Source: Candidatus Pacearchaeota archaeon
GTDB lineage: Archaea; Nanobdellota; Nanobdellia; Pacearchaeales; GW2011-AR1
Reading direction: 5' to 3'
NCBI GenBank assembly: GCA_016204145.1
Contig: JACQLK010000016.1
Coordinates: 9,181-73,180 of the forward strand
Length of the DNA stretch: 64,000 nt
The stretch's first letter is position 1. Each line of letters begins with the position of its first letter. Positions 54,538 to 64,000 of this stretch are shown piece by piece. The position numbers and the translations under genes were made by a program. The notes beneath the pieces are model-generated. The model searched no databases and was not told the DNA's origin. It saw only the letters and a program-made list of their open reading frames with translations.

Positions 54538-55095
54538 TTGATTTTTATGATTACTTACAACGAAATTTACGAAGCAGTGAGAAAAGAGCGCGCCGAGGAG
54601 TTGCAGCCGCTGCCGAAAAATTTCCTTGACGAAGTGTCAGTATACCTGAAGGAAAAAAAAGAGTTCTCTTCGAAAAATATCGACGATTTCTCCGATTCGG
54701 CGATGAAGGCGAAAAAACAGCTTGAAAATGCAAGGACTTTGTTTAAGGAATTAATTTTGAGGAGGAGAAAAAAAATACTTAATCTTCTTCTTATTGCAAC
54801 AGAGACGGGAATTTCAAAAAAGGATTCTGAAAACATGCTTGAATTTGAGAAGACGATGTTTGAAAATCTCATGAAATCCGTCGATTCGACCGAAAGTCAG
54901 GTAAACAGCTTATTCAACGTAAAAACAGAAGAAAGGATTGTCTCCGGAAAAACAATCGCGTTTAAGGAAGACGTCGACGAGTTTTTTGACATGGAAGGAA
55001 AACTCATAGGCCCGTTTAAAAAAGGCGAGAAAGCCGAGTTGGATGAGGAAATCGCAAAAATCCTCGTTGAAAGTGAAAAGGCCGAAAGATTGTGA
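54538..55095 (+). CDS. GINS subunit Gins51-like (Sld5/Psf1 family)
   Basis: helical N-terminus (YNEIYEAVRKERAEELQPLPKNFLDEV) + small C-terminal beta domain, 185 aa; located 2 kb upstream of mcm. Confidence 0.5.
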   Translation: MIFMITYNEIYEAVRKERAEELQPLPKNFLDEVSVYLKEKKEFSSKNIDDFSDSAMKAKKQLENARTLFKELILRRRKKILNLLLIATETGISKKDSENMLEFEKTMFENLMKSVDSTESQVNSLFNVKTEERIVSGKTIAFKEDVDEFFDMEGKLIGPFKKGEKAELDEEIAKILVESEKAERL

Positions 55096-55134
55096 ATATT
55101 TTTAAACTTCTTTTTCCAGTTCATTTGGTATAAG

Positions 55135-56964
55135 ATGAAAAAAGAAATTGCGCTGATTTTTGTTTGCGTTTTGCTCGCTTCCGTAATTTCCGCTTCGTTA
55201 ATTTCCGCGGATTTTTTCGGAAGCTGGTTTGCAAAATCAACCGGAAACGCCGTGGCTGCAAAGTGCGTCGATTCGGACGGCGGGAAGGACTATTACAAAA
55301 AAGGAACAACATCCGGAATTGACGCGAAGACGAAAAAGCAAACAAGTCAAGTTGATAAATGCTCAAATTCCAAAACTCTTGTTGAATTTTTCTGCGATGC
55401 GAATAATAGGGTCGCGAGCGCTTCCGCTTCATGCAAAAAAGGATGCGGCTCCGGAGCGTGCGCTGAAATCGCCCCTGCTGCAGCTCCGTCGAAAAAATCA
55501 AGCGCGGCGCAAACGGTCGATAAATCCGGAAGTTTGATGTTTACAACAACTCATTCCGGAATAGGGGACATGTACACATATTATCTGATTTATGACAACG
55601 CAAATTACATTATTCAATCGGGCGATTTCCTCGAATATGACATTTACTGCGACCCTTCAAACAACGATTGCACCGGCGGAATAGAAATAGAGGGAATTTA
55701 CCCTTCGGCATGGGTCGGAAGAAATTTGCGTTTAGTCGACCAAAACCGGTTATCAAATGCGTACGGCAATATTTCCATGTATGCAAGCGGAAAATGGTAT
55801 CATCGAAGAATTAACTTGTCGAGTGCTGTCGGCAAAACTGTAAAAGAAGTCAGCGTAGTCGAAGAAAGCGACAGGGACGGAAAAAGGGATTACTATTACA
55901 GAAATATTGCAATCACAAACGGCGGAATTCTGAAGGTTCCCTTTTACAAAGGAAAAAATGTTCAATCAAGCGCGTTGAACTACCAATCAAAAGCGAGCAG
56001 GTATTCCGTTGCTGCAATCGGCGGAAGTTCATTTGAGATTCAAAAAACATGTCGGCAAATAATAACTCTGACATACCAACTGTCAAAGAGCGAGTGTTCT
56101 CCCGGAGACATAATAAGCGACTTGCAAACCCACACTCAATGCGACCATTATGTCAACGTTCCTTACGGCGGAAAAGTGTGTTATTCGTGGCGCAGCTACC
56201 ATAATTACAATTGCATAAGAAATACTCAAATATCTTGCTCTGCAAACGCCGCCTGTCCTGCGGGGACAACTGAAATAACTTCAGAATATTGCGGCGCGTC
56301 CATTGTGGCAATTGGCGGGGAAATAGGATTCACTCCTTCAAGAATATGGATTTCCGACGACAATAGCGGATGGCAGAAAACCCGTTCAACAATCTTTTCT
56401 TCATATCCCGACGGGGCGAGGATATCTGCAACAGGAGCCGACTGGAATATCGCTCGTCAGGTCTCGTTCTGGGGAAAAGACAATTATCTTGTGGGGATAA
56501 AATACAAGTGGGTAAGCGGCGGCTCGTCGCTTCCGGACCAGCTTTATTACTCGACAAAAAGTCACGGGGACTCGATAAATTTCAGGCAACCTTTCGGAAA
56601 ATGGGAAACGGACGGAAACTGGCATGTTAAAATTCTCGATATGAGAACCCTGGCTGCGGGGGGAAACGACTGGATAAACGGTGAAATCACAAGATTAAGA
56701 TTTGACTTTACTGAAAATGCAGATACCGTTATGGAAATACAATATATTGCAATTGGAAAATATCCGAATACAAGCATATGCGCGCCCGCAAACAAATGCA
56801 TCGGCAATTCAGGAGAGTATTGCAATGACAAAAATGCAATCGCAAGCGTCTCTTCTTTCCAGGAAACATGCAACGACGGAAGGGACGATAACTGCAACGG
56901 ACAAGTGGATGAAGATTGTCCGTCTCTCGAGGAGGACAATCCGAACGACGGCGGAGGAGAATAA
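55135..56964 (+). CDS. large secreted Cys-rich protein
   Basis: signal peptide MKKEIALIFVCVLLASVISASLISA, N-terminal CVDSDGGKDYY motif, C-terminal CNDGRDDNCNGQVDEDC acidic Cys motif, 609 aa. Confidence 0.55.
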   Translation: MKKEIALIFVCVLLASVISASLISADFFGSWFAKSTGNAVAAKCVDSDGGKDYYKKGTTSGIDAKTKKQTSQVDKCSNSKTLVEFFCDANNRVASASASCKKGCGSGACAEIAPAAAPSKKSSAAQTVDKSGSLMFTTTHSGIGDMYTYYLIYDNANYIIQSGDFLEYDIYCDPSNNDCTGGIEIEGIYPSAWVGRNLRLVDQNRLSNAYGNISMYASGKWYHRRINLSSAVGKTVKEVSVVEESDRDGKRDYYYRNIAITNGGILKVPFYKGKNVQSSALNYQSKASRYSVAAIGGSSFEIQKTCRQIITLTYQLSKSECSPGDIISDLQTHTQCDHYVNVPYGGKVCYSWRSYHNYNCIRNTQISCSANAACPAGTTEITSEYCGASIVAIGGEIGFTPSRIWISDDNSGWQKTRSTIFSSYPDGARISATGADWNIARQVSFWGKDNYLVGIKYKWVSGGSSLPDQLYYSTKSHGDSINFRQPFGKWETDGNWHVKILDMRTLAAGGNDWINGEITRLRFDFTENADTVMEIQYIAIGKYPNTSICAPANKCIGNSGEYCNDKNAIASVSSFQETCNDGRDDNCNGQVDEDCPSLEEDNPNDGGGE

Positions 56965-57031
56965 CTTCTCGTCTGATTTTTACCGATTCTTTCACAATAA
57001 ACTATAAAAACGCCCTCCTTTTTCCATAAAC

Positions 57032-59044
57032 ATGGACAAGCTGGGGAAGGAGGAAATAGTTCTTGAAACGAAAAATTTCTTTGACTCTTACAAGAAAGAA
57101 ATCGGCGATTCTCTTAGAAAAGGAAACAACGTCATTTATCTGGATTTTATGAAGCTGTCTCAGCATTCAAACAAGCTCTCCGACGAGCTTCTTTCAAAGC
57201 CCGAGGAAACTCTTGGATTTATGGAAATGGCGATTGAAGAAGTCGGCCTGGTAAACAATGTCCGCGTCCGATTGAACAATCTTCCCGACAGCCAGCAACT
57301 CAAAGTGAGAAACATTCGCTCAAAACATCTCAACGAAATGATAGTCATAGAAGGGATAATAAGGCAGGCAAGCGATGTTCGTCCGCAAGTCGTAAATTCC
57401 AAATTCGAGTGCCCGAGTTGCGGGACAATTATTTCTGTTTTGCAAATTGAAAAAAAATTCCACGAACCGTCGCGCTGTTCCTGCGGAAGAAGAGGCGGGT
57501 TCCGTTTGATTAGCAAAGACATGGTCGACACGCAAAGAATAGTAATTGAAGAATCGCCGGAATCGTTGTCGGGAGGAGAACAGCCGAAGAGAATAAATGT
57601 TTTTGTAAAAGAGGATTTGGTCGAGCCGAGAATGGAGGAAAAAACAACTCCCGGAAGCAGGGTGAAAATTATCGGCGTCTTGAAAGAAGTTCCGGTTCCG
57701 TTGAACACCGGCGGCGTGTCAACAAGATTTGAATTGGCTATTGAAACAAATAATATCATCCCGATGGAGGAAACATTTGAGGAATTGAATATAAGCGAGG
57801 AAGATGAAAAGCAAATTCTTGAGATGTCAAAAGATCCCGGAATCTTCGACAAGCTCGCGCAAAGCATAACTCCGAGCGTTTGGGGTTACGACGAAATAAA
57901 AAAATCCCTTGTCTTGCAATTGTTCGGCGGAGTTAAAAAAGTGCACGCAGACGGACAGAAAAGCAGGGGCGACTTGCATATTCTTTTAATCGGAGACCCG
58001 GGAGTTGCAAAATCGGTAACATTGGGATTCATGGCGCAAATTTCTCCGAAAGGAAGATATGTCGTCGGCAAAAGCGCTTCGGGAGCGGGTTTGACGGCAA
58101 CGGTTGTAAGGGACGAATATTTAAAAGGGTGGAGTTTGGAAGCGGGCGCAATGGTTCTCGCTAACAAGGGACTGGTTTGCATTGACGAGTTGGAAAAAAT
58201 GGATCCTCAGGACAGAAGCTCGATGCACGAAGCGATGGAACAACAAACGATTACAATTTCAAAAGCGAACGTGCAGGCGACGTTAAGGGCGGAAACGTCT
58301 GTTCTCGCCGCGGCAAATCCAAAATTCGGAAGGTTTGACCCTTATCAGTCCGTGGCCCAGCAAATTGACTTGCCTCCGACGCTGATAAATCGTTTTGATG
58401 TAATTTTCACATTAAGGGACATTCCTGACAAGGACAAGGACAGAAAAATAGCGACGCACGTTTTGCACGAGCATATAAAAGAGGGAAAAGACATGGCCAT
58501 TCCGAGGGAACTGTTCAGAAAATACGTCGCGTATGCAAAACAAAAAGTTCATCCAAAACTTTCAAAAGAGGCGGCGGAAGAAATTGAGAATTTCTACGTT
58601 GATTTGAGAAACCGCCCTGTGTCGTCGGAAAGCGCATTGAAGCCGATTCCGATTTCAGCAAGGCAGTTGCAGGCGCTGATTCGCATGTCGGAAGCGTCGG
58701 CAAAAATGCGGCTAAATCCGACGGTGTCGAGAGACGACGCGAAAAAAGCTATTGAAATAATGAAGCATTATCTGATGCAAGTCGGATTTGATTACGAATC
58801 GAACACTTTTGACATAGACAAGATTTACACGGGAATGACCGCTTCAAGAAGAAACAAGGTGCTTATTGTCAGAGAGGCGATAAATTCGCTGAAGGAAAAA
58901 GTCGGCGAGCTTATTCCCGTCGAGGAAATAGAAAAGGAACTCGAAGGAAAATTGACAAAAGACGAAATTGAAGCGTCGATTTTTGAATTGATAAAAAACT
59001 CTGTGATTTTCGAGCCGAGGAGGGGATACGTGCAGAAAATATAA
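57032..59044 (+). CDS. mcm: MCM replicative helicase
   Basis: Zn finger CPSCG..CSCG, Walker A GDPGVAKS, Walker B CIDELEKM, arginine finger region, C-terminal wH. Confidence 0.95.
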   Translation: MDKLGKEEIVLETKNFFDSYKKEIGDSLRKGNNVIYLDFMKLSQHSNKLSDELLSKPEETLGFMEMAIEEVGLVNNVRVRLNNLPDSQQLKVRNIRSKHLNEMIVIEGIIRQASDVRPQVVNSKFECPSCGTIISVLQIEKKFHEPSRCSCGRRGGFRLISKDMVDTQRIVIEESPESLSGGEQPKRINVFVKEDLVEPRMEEKTTPGSRVKIIGVLKEVPVPLNTGGVSTRFELAIETNNIIPMEETFEELNISEEDEKQILEMSKDPGIFDKLAQSITPSVWGYDEIKKSLVLQLFGGVKKVHADGQKSRGDLHILLIGDPGVAKSVTLGFMAQISPKGRYVVGKSASGAGLTATVVRDEYLKGWSLEAGAMVLANKGLVCIDELEKMDPQDRSSMHEAMEQQTITISKANVQATLRAETSVLAAANPKFGRFDPYQSVAQQIDLPPTLINRFDVIFTLRDIPDKDKDRKIATHVLHEHIKEGKDMAIPRELFRKYVAYAKQKVHPKLSKEAAEEIENFYVDLRNRPVSSESALKPIPISARQLQALIRMSEASAKMRLNPTVSRDDAKKAIEIMKHYLMQVGFDYESNTFDIDKIYTGMTASRRNKVLIVREAINSLKEKVGELIPVEEIEKELEGKLTKDEIEASIFELIKNSVIFEPRRGYVQKI

Positions 59045-59045
59045 A

Positions 59046-59585
59046 ATGGCAAAAATAGCTTTTATCGGAACTCATGGGACGGGAAAAACAACTTTGGTCA
59101 ATGAGATTGTCTTTAATCTGAAAAAAAGAGGCGTTAACGCCCTTGCTTTTGAAGAAATCGCAAGAAGTTGCCCGTTGCCAATTAATGAAAATGCAGTAAG
59201 AGAAACACAATTGTGGATTATTGCAAGACAAATCTCGACGGAAATTGAAAAAGAAAGGAATTATGAATTGGTTGTCTGCGACAGAAGTATCTTGGACACA
59301 TATTGCTACCATGAATATTTCTTCGGGAGAGAAAAGAGCTGGGAACTGTTAATCCAGTCTTATATGAAAAGTTATGATAAGCTAATTTTTGTTCCAATAA
59401 AAAATGGTTTTTTGAATGAAGATGGTGTCAGATCAACAAATAAAAATTTCCAAACAAGGATAGATAAGATAATAAAAGGGAGATTATCTGGTTTTGGACT
59501 GGAATATGATTTATTGGAAAATTCAACTATCCAAAATATTTGTAATGCTTATGCAAATAAAATAAATTTGGCCCGTAAAAAATAA
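59046..59585 (+). CDS. P-loop NTPase (AAA_28/NadR-kinase-like), paralog of 46379..46903
   Basis: Walker A IGTHGTGKTT, 179 aa, 2 nt after mcm stop. Confidence 0.5.
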   Translation: MAKIAFIGTHGTGKTTLVNEIVFNLKKRGVNALAFEEIARSCPLPINENAVRETQLWIIARQISTEIEKERNYELVVCDRSILDTYCYHEYFFGREKSWELLIQSYMKSYDKLIFVPIKNGFLNEDGVRSTNKNFQTRIDKIIKGRLSGFGLEYDLLENSTIQNICNAYANKINLARKK

Positions 59586-59602
59586 ATAAGTAAAAGCAGA
59601 AA

Positions 59603-60217
59603 ATGCCAGACGAACAATTCAAGCGAAACATTGCATTCAAGATGAGAATCGGCGAGATATTAGTCGGAAAACCGATAATGGACGGAGAGCGATTTGGAAA
59701 TCTGGAAATCAACGGAAACAAAATCGTGAGAGTGAACGTCGTCGGAAGCATCGTTGACAAATATGAAAGCAGCGGAGAGAAAAAATACGTCTTCCTTACG
59801 CTTGACGACGGCTCGGGACAGATAAAATTAAAGTCCTTCGGAGACGATGCGCAAAAATCCTTAGAAATTCAGCAAGGAGAAACCGTCGCTGTCATCGGCT
59901 TGCTGAGATTTTTCAACAACGAAATTTACATTTCTCCCGAAATAATAAAAGAACAGGATCCAAAATATCTTCTTGTAAGAAAACTTGAACTTGACAATGC
60001 GCCGAAAATCCAGAATAATATTCAAACTCTGATTTCGCAAAGGGAAAAAATAATAGAATTGATAAAAAATTCCGAAAGCCAAGGCGGCATCGACATTGAA
60101 AAAATAAATTCCGTTTCCGGAATTTCCGCGGAAAATGCCGCGGCGGAAATTCAAAAACTTCTCGAAGAAGGCGTGATTTTCGAGCCGCGCCCGGGAAAAG
60201 TGAGATGGTTGGGGTGA
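59603..60217 (+). CDS. OB-fold protein with C-terminal winged helix (RPA2/RPA32-like ssDNA-binding candidate)
   Basis: beta-rich OB-like region (IVRVNVVGSIVDKYESSGEKKYVFLTLDDGSGQIKL) and C-terminal LLEEGVIFEPRPGKVRWL resembling the MCM C-terminal LIKNSVIFEPRRGYVQKI. Confidence 0.45.
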   Translation: MPDEQFKRNIAFKMRIGEILVGKPIMDGERFGNLEINGNKIVRVNVVGSIVDKYESSGEKKYVFLTLDDGSGQIKLKSFGDDAQKSLEIQQGETVAVIGLLRFFNNEIYISPEIIKEQDPKYLLVRKLELDNAPKIQNNIQTLISQREKIIELIKNSESQGGIDIEKINSVSGISAENAAAEIQKLLEEGVIFEPRPGKVRWLG

Positions 60218-60883
60218 TTAATGTTTAACCCAGAATCCGAATGTAGCAACATTATTTCTCCACCAAGCAACTATCATTAAAAATCCGCCAATTATAAATG
60301 CTAATCCAAATAACCAACTCCAAGCCATTCCTTCTGACCAATAAGTTCCAAAAATAATCTCCGAAAATCTAAAAAACAATATCCCTAAAAACATTAAAAG
60401 TATCCCAGTTAAAATCTGTGAGGGATGCTTTATCCCAAATTCTATTCTTTTAATAATTTTTATTATAATTGCAATCCCAAGTCCAATAAAAATAAATCCG
60501 GCAAATGAGTTCACGGGAATAAGTGATTCCTGAAATCTTATTTCAATTAAATTCCATAAGAATTCAAAAAACCAAATGGAAAATCCGTAAGTTAATGTCC
60601 AAAAGAGAAATACATTTGAACCAATGTAAACTCTCTTCTTCCTTATCAAATCATGGATTATTCTCGAAAGTATTGAAAAAAGGAAACCAATTAACAAGAT
60701 ATAAATTATTTTAATTTTAAAAAAGTCATATCTACCAAACATCTCGGTTAATAAAAAATTAAGAAGTATATATAAACCCGTATAGATTAATACCCAGATA
60801 ATAAACCATTTAGTATAGAAAACAAAATTTTTCCTCTCCCAAAATCCCTCTTTATGTTTATGATGATTAGCCAATTTTATCAT
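60218..60883 (-). CDS. polytopic membrane protein (start trimmed to MIKLANHH.. to avoid overlap)
   Basis: 6+ hydrophobic helices, AT-rich. Confidence 0.4.
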   Translation of the reverse strand: MIKLANHHKHKEGFWERKNFVFYTKWFIIWVLIYTGLYILLNFLLTEMFGRYDFFKIKIIYILLIGFLFSILSRIIHDLIRKKRVYIGSNVFLFWTLTYGFSIWFFEFLWNLIEIRFQESLIPVNSFAGFIFIGLGIAIIIKIIKRIEFGIKHPSQILTGILLMFLGILFFRFSEIIFGTYWSEGMAWSWLFGLAFIIGGFLMIVAWWRNNVATFGFWVKH

Positions 60884-61431
60884 CTCCTCTTCCAAATATT
60901 CCAATTGTTTTTGTTGAACCAGTAAGCGACGGAAATCAATGCGACCAATCCCGCCAAAGAAATTGCAAACTTCAACCAATCGTCGGTGAACCTCCAATAA
61001 ATTCCTGTTCCGTAAACCATCAGTCCGGCGCCGCCAACCATCAGTCCGGCGCCAACGACTTCAAGGCCGAAGATAATCGCGCCCGCAAAAATAATTGCAA
61101 TTCCTATCGGAAGCGCGGTAAGAAAAATCTTTTTAAAATATTTTTCCTCTGCGTTTTCAAAATCCTTTTGACAAGGCGTGTAATCATATTGGCAATATCC
61201 CCCGCCGATTGGAACCGGCTTTACCTCTCCTCTTGCATCCGCGACAAGCTGCGTGTTATTCGTCCAAGTTCCGCCTTCGCTCGCGCAAACAGAAGCGTTG
61301 ATTAAATTCTCGGGACAATAGTCGCCGTATTTCGGGCTTTCGCCGTAAAGCGTGGAAATTCCGTAAACCCCGACAAAAATAGTCAAAAGAAAAATCGCAA
61401 CGCCAAAAATTATATTTTTGAAATTTATCAT
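60880..61431 (-). CDS. membrane protein with Cys-containing extracellular segment
   Basis: N-terminal TM, CxxxxxxxxC region, C-terminal Gly-rich TM pair (GAGLMVGGAGLMVYGTG). Confidence 0.4.
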   Translation of the reverse strand: MINFKNIIFGVAIFLLTIFVGVYGISTLYGESPKYGDYCPENLINASVCASEGGTWTNNTQLVADARGEVKPVPIGGGYCQYDYTPCQKDFENAEEKYFKKIFLTALPIGIAIIFAGAIIFGLEVVGAGLMVGGAGLMVYGTGIYWRFTDDWLKFAISLAGLVALISVAYWFNKNNWNIWKRR

Positions 61432-61460
61432 CTTCTGATAAAAGAAAAAATGTTTATAAA

Positions 61461-61928
61461 TTATTCCTCGTATTCTTTTTTAACCGTGAATTCGCCAAAG
61501 CCGGCTTCTTCGTATGCTTGTGCTAATCTTAACGCGTCATTTAAATATTTTGGAATTTTTACAAATATTCTGGAATCATCACAATAGACCTGAAAAGAAG
61601 ATCCAGGAAGATTTTTAAAATCAAATCTATGTGTATAGATGGATATCCACCCAAGACTAGAAGACCCTATTCTCCTCCAGCCCCCATCACGTGATTCCCA
61701 TTCAGGACTCCAAGAAGTACACCCTGAGCCGTCCATATCAGTATAGACTCTAGACCCAAACATATTCCTTGTAATTTTTACAATTCTTTTTTGTTTTTCA
61801 CCATTTTTTCTTCGTTCTTCCTGCCATTTTTCATAATCTCTTCTTTCTTTTATCTCTTCTTGCGTCAATCCTTCAAGCTTAACCATCATCAAATTTCCTA
61901 AAATACATTTATAAATCCTTTTATTCAA
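61461..61928 (-). CDS. hypothetical protein
   Basis: 155-aa ORF. Confidence 0.35.
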   Translation of the reverse strand: MNKRIYKCILGNLMMVKLEGLTQEEIKERRDYEKWQEERRKNGEKQKRIVKITRNMFGSRVYTDMDGSGCTSWSPEWESRDGGWRRIGSSSLGWISIYTHRFDFKNLPGSSFQVYCDDSRIFVKIPKYLNDALRLAQAYEEAGFGEFTVKKEYEE

Positions 61929-61937
61929 AATTATTTC

Positions 61938-62351
61938 ATGGAATCATACGAAGAAATGCTCAACGAAGCATTTGAAAAAGTAAAGCGTCCGGAAAATTCC
62001 AACGGAGAAAGGTCTGAAATCCCGAAGATAGAAGGGCATATAGAAGGGAAAAAAACAATTCTGACAAACTTTTTTCAAATCGCGGAGCATTTGAGAAGAA
62101 ACCCAGAGCATTTCCAAAAATTTATTTTAAGGGAATTGGCGGCGTCGGGGCAAAAAGAAGGAGACCGGCTGGTTTTGAATATGAAAGTGCCGAGCGAAAA
62201 GATAAATCAAAAAATAGAGCAATACGCGAAAGAATTCGTCATTTGCAGGGAATGCGGAAAGCCCGACACCGAATTGATAAAACAAGACCGGCTTTTGTTT
62301 ATGCATTGTCTTGCGTGCGGCGCGAAACATTCTGTCAGAAGCAAAATATAA
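61938..62351 (+). CDS. translation initiation factor aIF2 beta subunit
   Basis: central helical domain + C-terminal zinc ribbon CRECGKPDT...CLACGA. Confidence 0.8.
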   Translation: MESYEEMLNEAFEKVKRPENSNGERSEIPKIEGHIEGKKTILTNFFQIAEHLRRNPEHFQKFILRELAASGQKEGDRLVLNMKVPSEKINQKIEQYAKEFVICRECGKPDTELIKQDRLLFMHCLACGAKHSVRSKI

Positions 62352-62602
62352 AATTATTTATTAAAATTTCGCGCTGCCGATTGCAATATTAATTGCTCTT
62401 GCAAAATGAAAAGTATTGGTTGAAATATTGCATTTAAATTCCTGCCAAGTTGCATAAAACAAGTTAATGAAAAAATCCAAAGCCGCTCCGCTAATGCTCG
62501 CTTGTGGAAAAGATATTAATCCAAAATTTATCACCCCATCATCCCGTATAAATCGTCGGTAGTTCTTATTGAATCAACTCTTTCCTTCAGCGAAAATTCT
62601 GC

Positions 62603-62630
62603 CGGAGGCAAATTTCGGGGGGCGGGCGGG
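62603..62630 (+). repeat. G-rich intergenic repeat, copy H
   Basis: ggaggcaaatttcggggggcgggcggg. Confidence 0.45.
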
Positions 62631-62708
62631 ATGAACAAAAAATGCCCCGAATTGCTTTTTAAAAATTCTAAATTTCATTTCCGTGCCGTTTAAATTCTTT
62701 CTTGAAAT

Positions 62709-63758
62709 TTAAATTTCGTTTTTACGGCGATTCCTCCCGAAAAATTTGAAAAATGAAAACGCAATTGCCGAAACCGCCAGCAAAACGACGAGAAAGACGG
62801 AATACAATTGGAAATAAACAGGGAACGCGCTTTCAACGACTTGGAAGCTGTCTCCGCCGATTGCCGTTTTGTTTTCGTCGTAATCAATCTGCGCGAAAAA
62901 TCTGTAAGAGCCGTATTCCATCCCTCTTGGCAATTGCATTTTGACGTTGAATTTTATTTTTTCCGTCACCGCGCGCGTTTCTCTCGCCTCTGCAACCAAA
63001 TTGTTATTTTTGTCAACAATCCAATATCTTAAAAAGACGTCAAGCTGTTTTTTGTCTCCGACATTTATCAAAGTCAGTTCCGCGGTCAGGGAACCTTGCG
63101 GAGAAATGAATTTTTTTGAAAGAGGAATATTAACAAGAAGGTCAAACAAAGGTCCCGTCGGTTTTTGATAAGCGCATTCCCTTTTTGTATCCGGCATTCC
63201 CGAGTCCCCGACGCAAGTTCCCCTGTTTACGCAAAGCCGTTTTTGAATTCCGCTGTCAGGGCACGGCTCCGGATACCATTCCGTGCAAACCCAGTCGTTC
63301 GTGCATTGTTCAATTATAACTCCTGTGCCGGTGCTTCCGCCGCCGCTGGAAGAAGTAGTCACAGTTGTCGTAGTCGTCTCCGTTGTCGTTGTTGTTTCTG
63401 TTGCAGGAGGTTGTCCCGGGACTGCTTGAAAATTCTCGTTGCCCGCTTCTGATGCCGCTTGTTGAAATCCCGACGATGACGAAGAGCTGAAACTTGAGCT
63501 GCTTGCGGTTCCTCCCGCCAATCCACTTCCAGCGGACTCGACATTGTAATCATTTGAAGAAAGCGTGAAAAAAGAAGTCAATTTGAAAACCTGAATAAAT
63601 GAAACAAAAATCGCGATAAATAAAACCGCTCCCGCAAAAAGATATATTTTTTTTATTTCTGATGAATGAGGATAAACCGAAATGTGGCGTCTTAATCTTT
63701 TTCTTTTGAAAATATTTCTCATTTTAATATTTCTCCTCCAACAAGAAAATATAAACAA
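62709..63758 (-). CDS. surface protein with Ser/Thr-rich linker and 6-Cys module
   Basis: TM anchor, TETTTTTETTTTTVTTSSSGGGSTG linker, CTNDWVCTEWYPEPCPDSGIQKRLCVNRGTCVG module homologous to those in 29680..30909. Confidence 0.5.
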   Translation of the reverse strand: MFIFSCWRRNIKMRNIFKRKRLRRHISVYPHSSEIKKIYLFAGAVLFIAIFVSFIQVFKLTSFFTLSSNDYNVESAGSGLAGGTASSSSFSSSSSSGFQQAASEAGNENFQAVPGQPPATETTTTTETTTTTVTTSSSGGGSTGTGVIIEQCTNDWVCTEWYPEPCPDSGIQKRLCVNRGTCVGDSGMPDTKRECAYQKPTGPLFDLLVNIPLSKKFISPQGSLTAELTLINVGDKKQLDVFLRYWIVDKNNNLVAEARETRAVTEKIKFNVKMQLPRGMEYGSYRFFAQIDYDENKTAIGGDSFQVVESAFPVYFQLYSVFLVVLLAVSAIAFSFFKFFGRNRRKNEI

Positions 63759-64000
63759 AGGAATATTTAAAATCTTTCAAGGCAAATTTGATGCGCGGAA
63801 ATTGCAATTATTGCGTCGTTGTGACTTTGTTGAACTGAAGCGCGGAAACCGCATTGGTTGCTGTATTTGAAATAACTGCCGTTGCCGTAGTGGCGGTTTC
63901 CGTAACAGCCATTGAAAGAGTATATGTTGTTGGAACCGAATCATTATTTGGCGGAACCGCATGCAAATCCGGAACAAGATATCCCGTGAAGTTCTCGGGT

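Noticed and set aside
1-64000. CRISPR arrays and rRNA genes
   Set aside because: No regularly spaced direct repeats with unique spacers and no 16S/23S/5S-like conserved stretches were seen anywhere in the window.

Overview
AT-rich archaeal chromosomal segment with a compact, DPANN-like gene set and the standard genetic code; TGA is a true stop, for example it ends the TBP gene. Core information-processing and division genes are readable directly from the translations:

- Replication and repair: MCM, a Gins51-like protein, an OB-fold/winged-helix RPA-like protein, ATP-dependent DNA ligase, and a RadB-like ATPase.
- Transcription: TBP, RpoL and an MBF1-like regulator.
- Translation: aRF1, aIF2-beta, NAC-alpha, a ValRS-like class I synthetase, MetRS with its tRNA-binding Trbp111 domain encoded separately, ribosomal proteins L15e, S3Ae and L44e, MnmA, and a Bud32 kinase.
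- Secretion and division: SRP54, FtsY, Sec61-beta (an unlisted 52-codon ORF), FtsZ and MinD.

There are four tRNAs: Ile-GAT, Thr-TGT, Val-GAC, and a ~170-nt tRNA with a ~98-nt intron at the canonical 37/38 position whose anticodon is most likely CCC (Gly).

Accessory content:
- A Type IIG restriction-modification fusion gene broken by a single in-frame TGA inside a conserved motif.
- A TnpA-only IS200/IS605 element with hairpins at both ends.
- A ~2.9-kb island flanked by ~90-110-nt direct repeats that duplicate the 3' end of a neighbouring gene. It carries a papain/C39-like peptidase operon, an Lrp regulator and an AbrB-nucleotidyltransferase fusion.
- Small toxin-antitoxin-like pairs.
- A pilin-like protein with a class III signal peptide.
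- Several Cys-rich surface proteins sharing a 6-Cys module, alongside a VKOR-like membrane protein.

The most unusual signal is a dispersed family of at least 11 intergenic repeats. They are G-rich islands in a ~35% GC background, built from reusable modules (GTTAACAYKGGYTTYCG, G3-4 runs that include two perfect G3N1G3N1G3N1G3 quadruplex motifs, a BRE/TATA-like segment, and a ~70-nt ttGCGAG-containing segment). They sit next to core genes (NAC, TBP, MetRS, FtsY, ApgM, GINS, surface protein) and at convergent gene ends. No CRISPR arrays or rRNA genes were seen.
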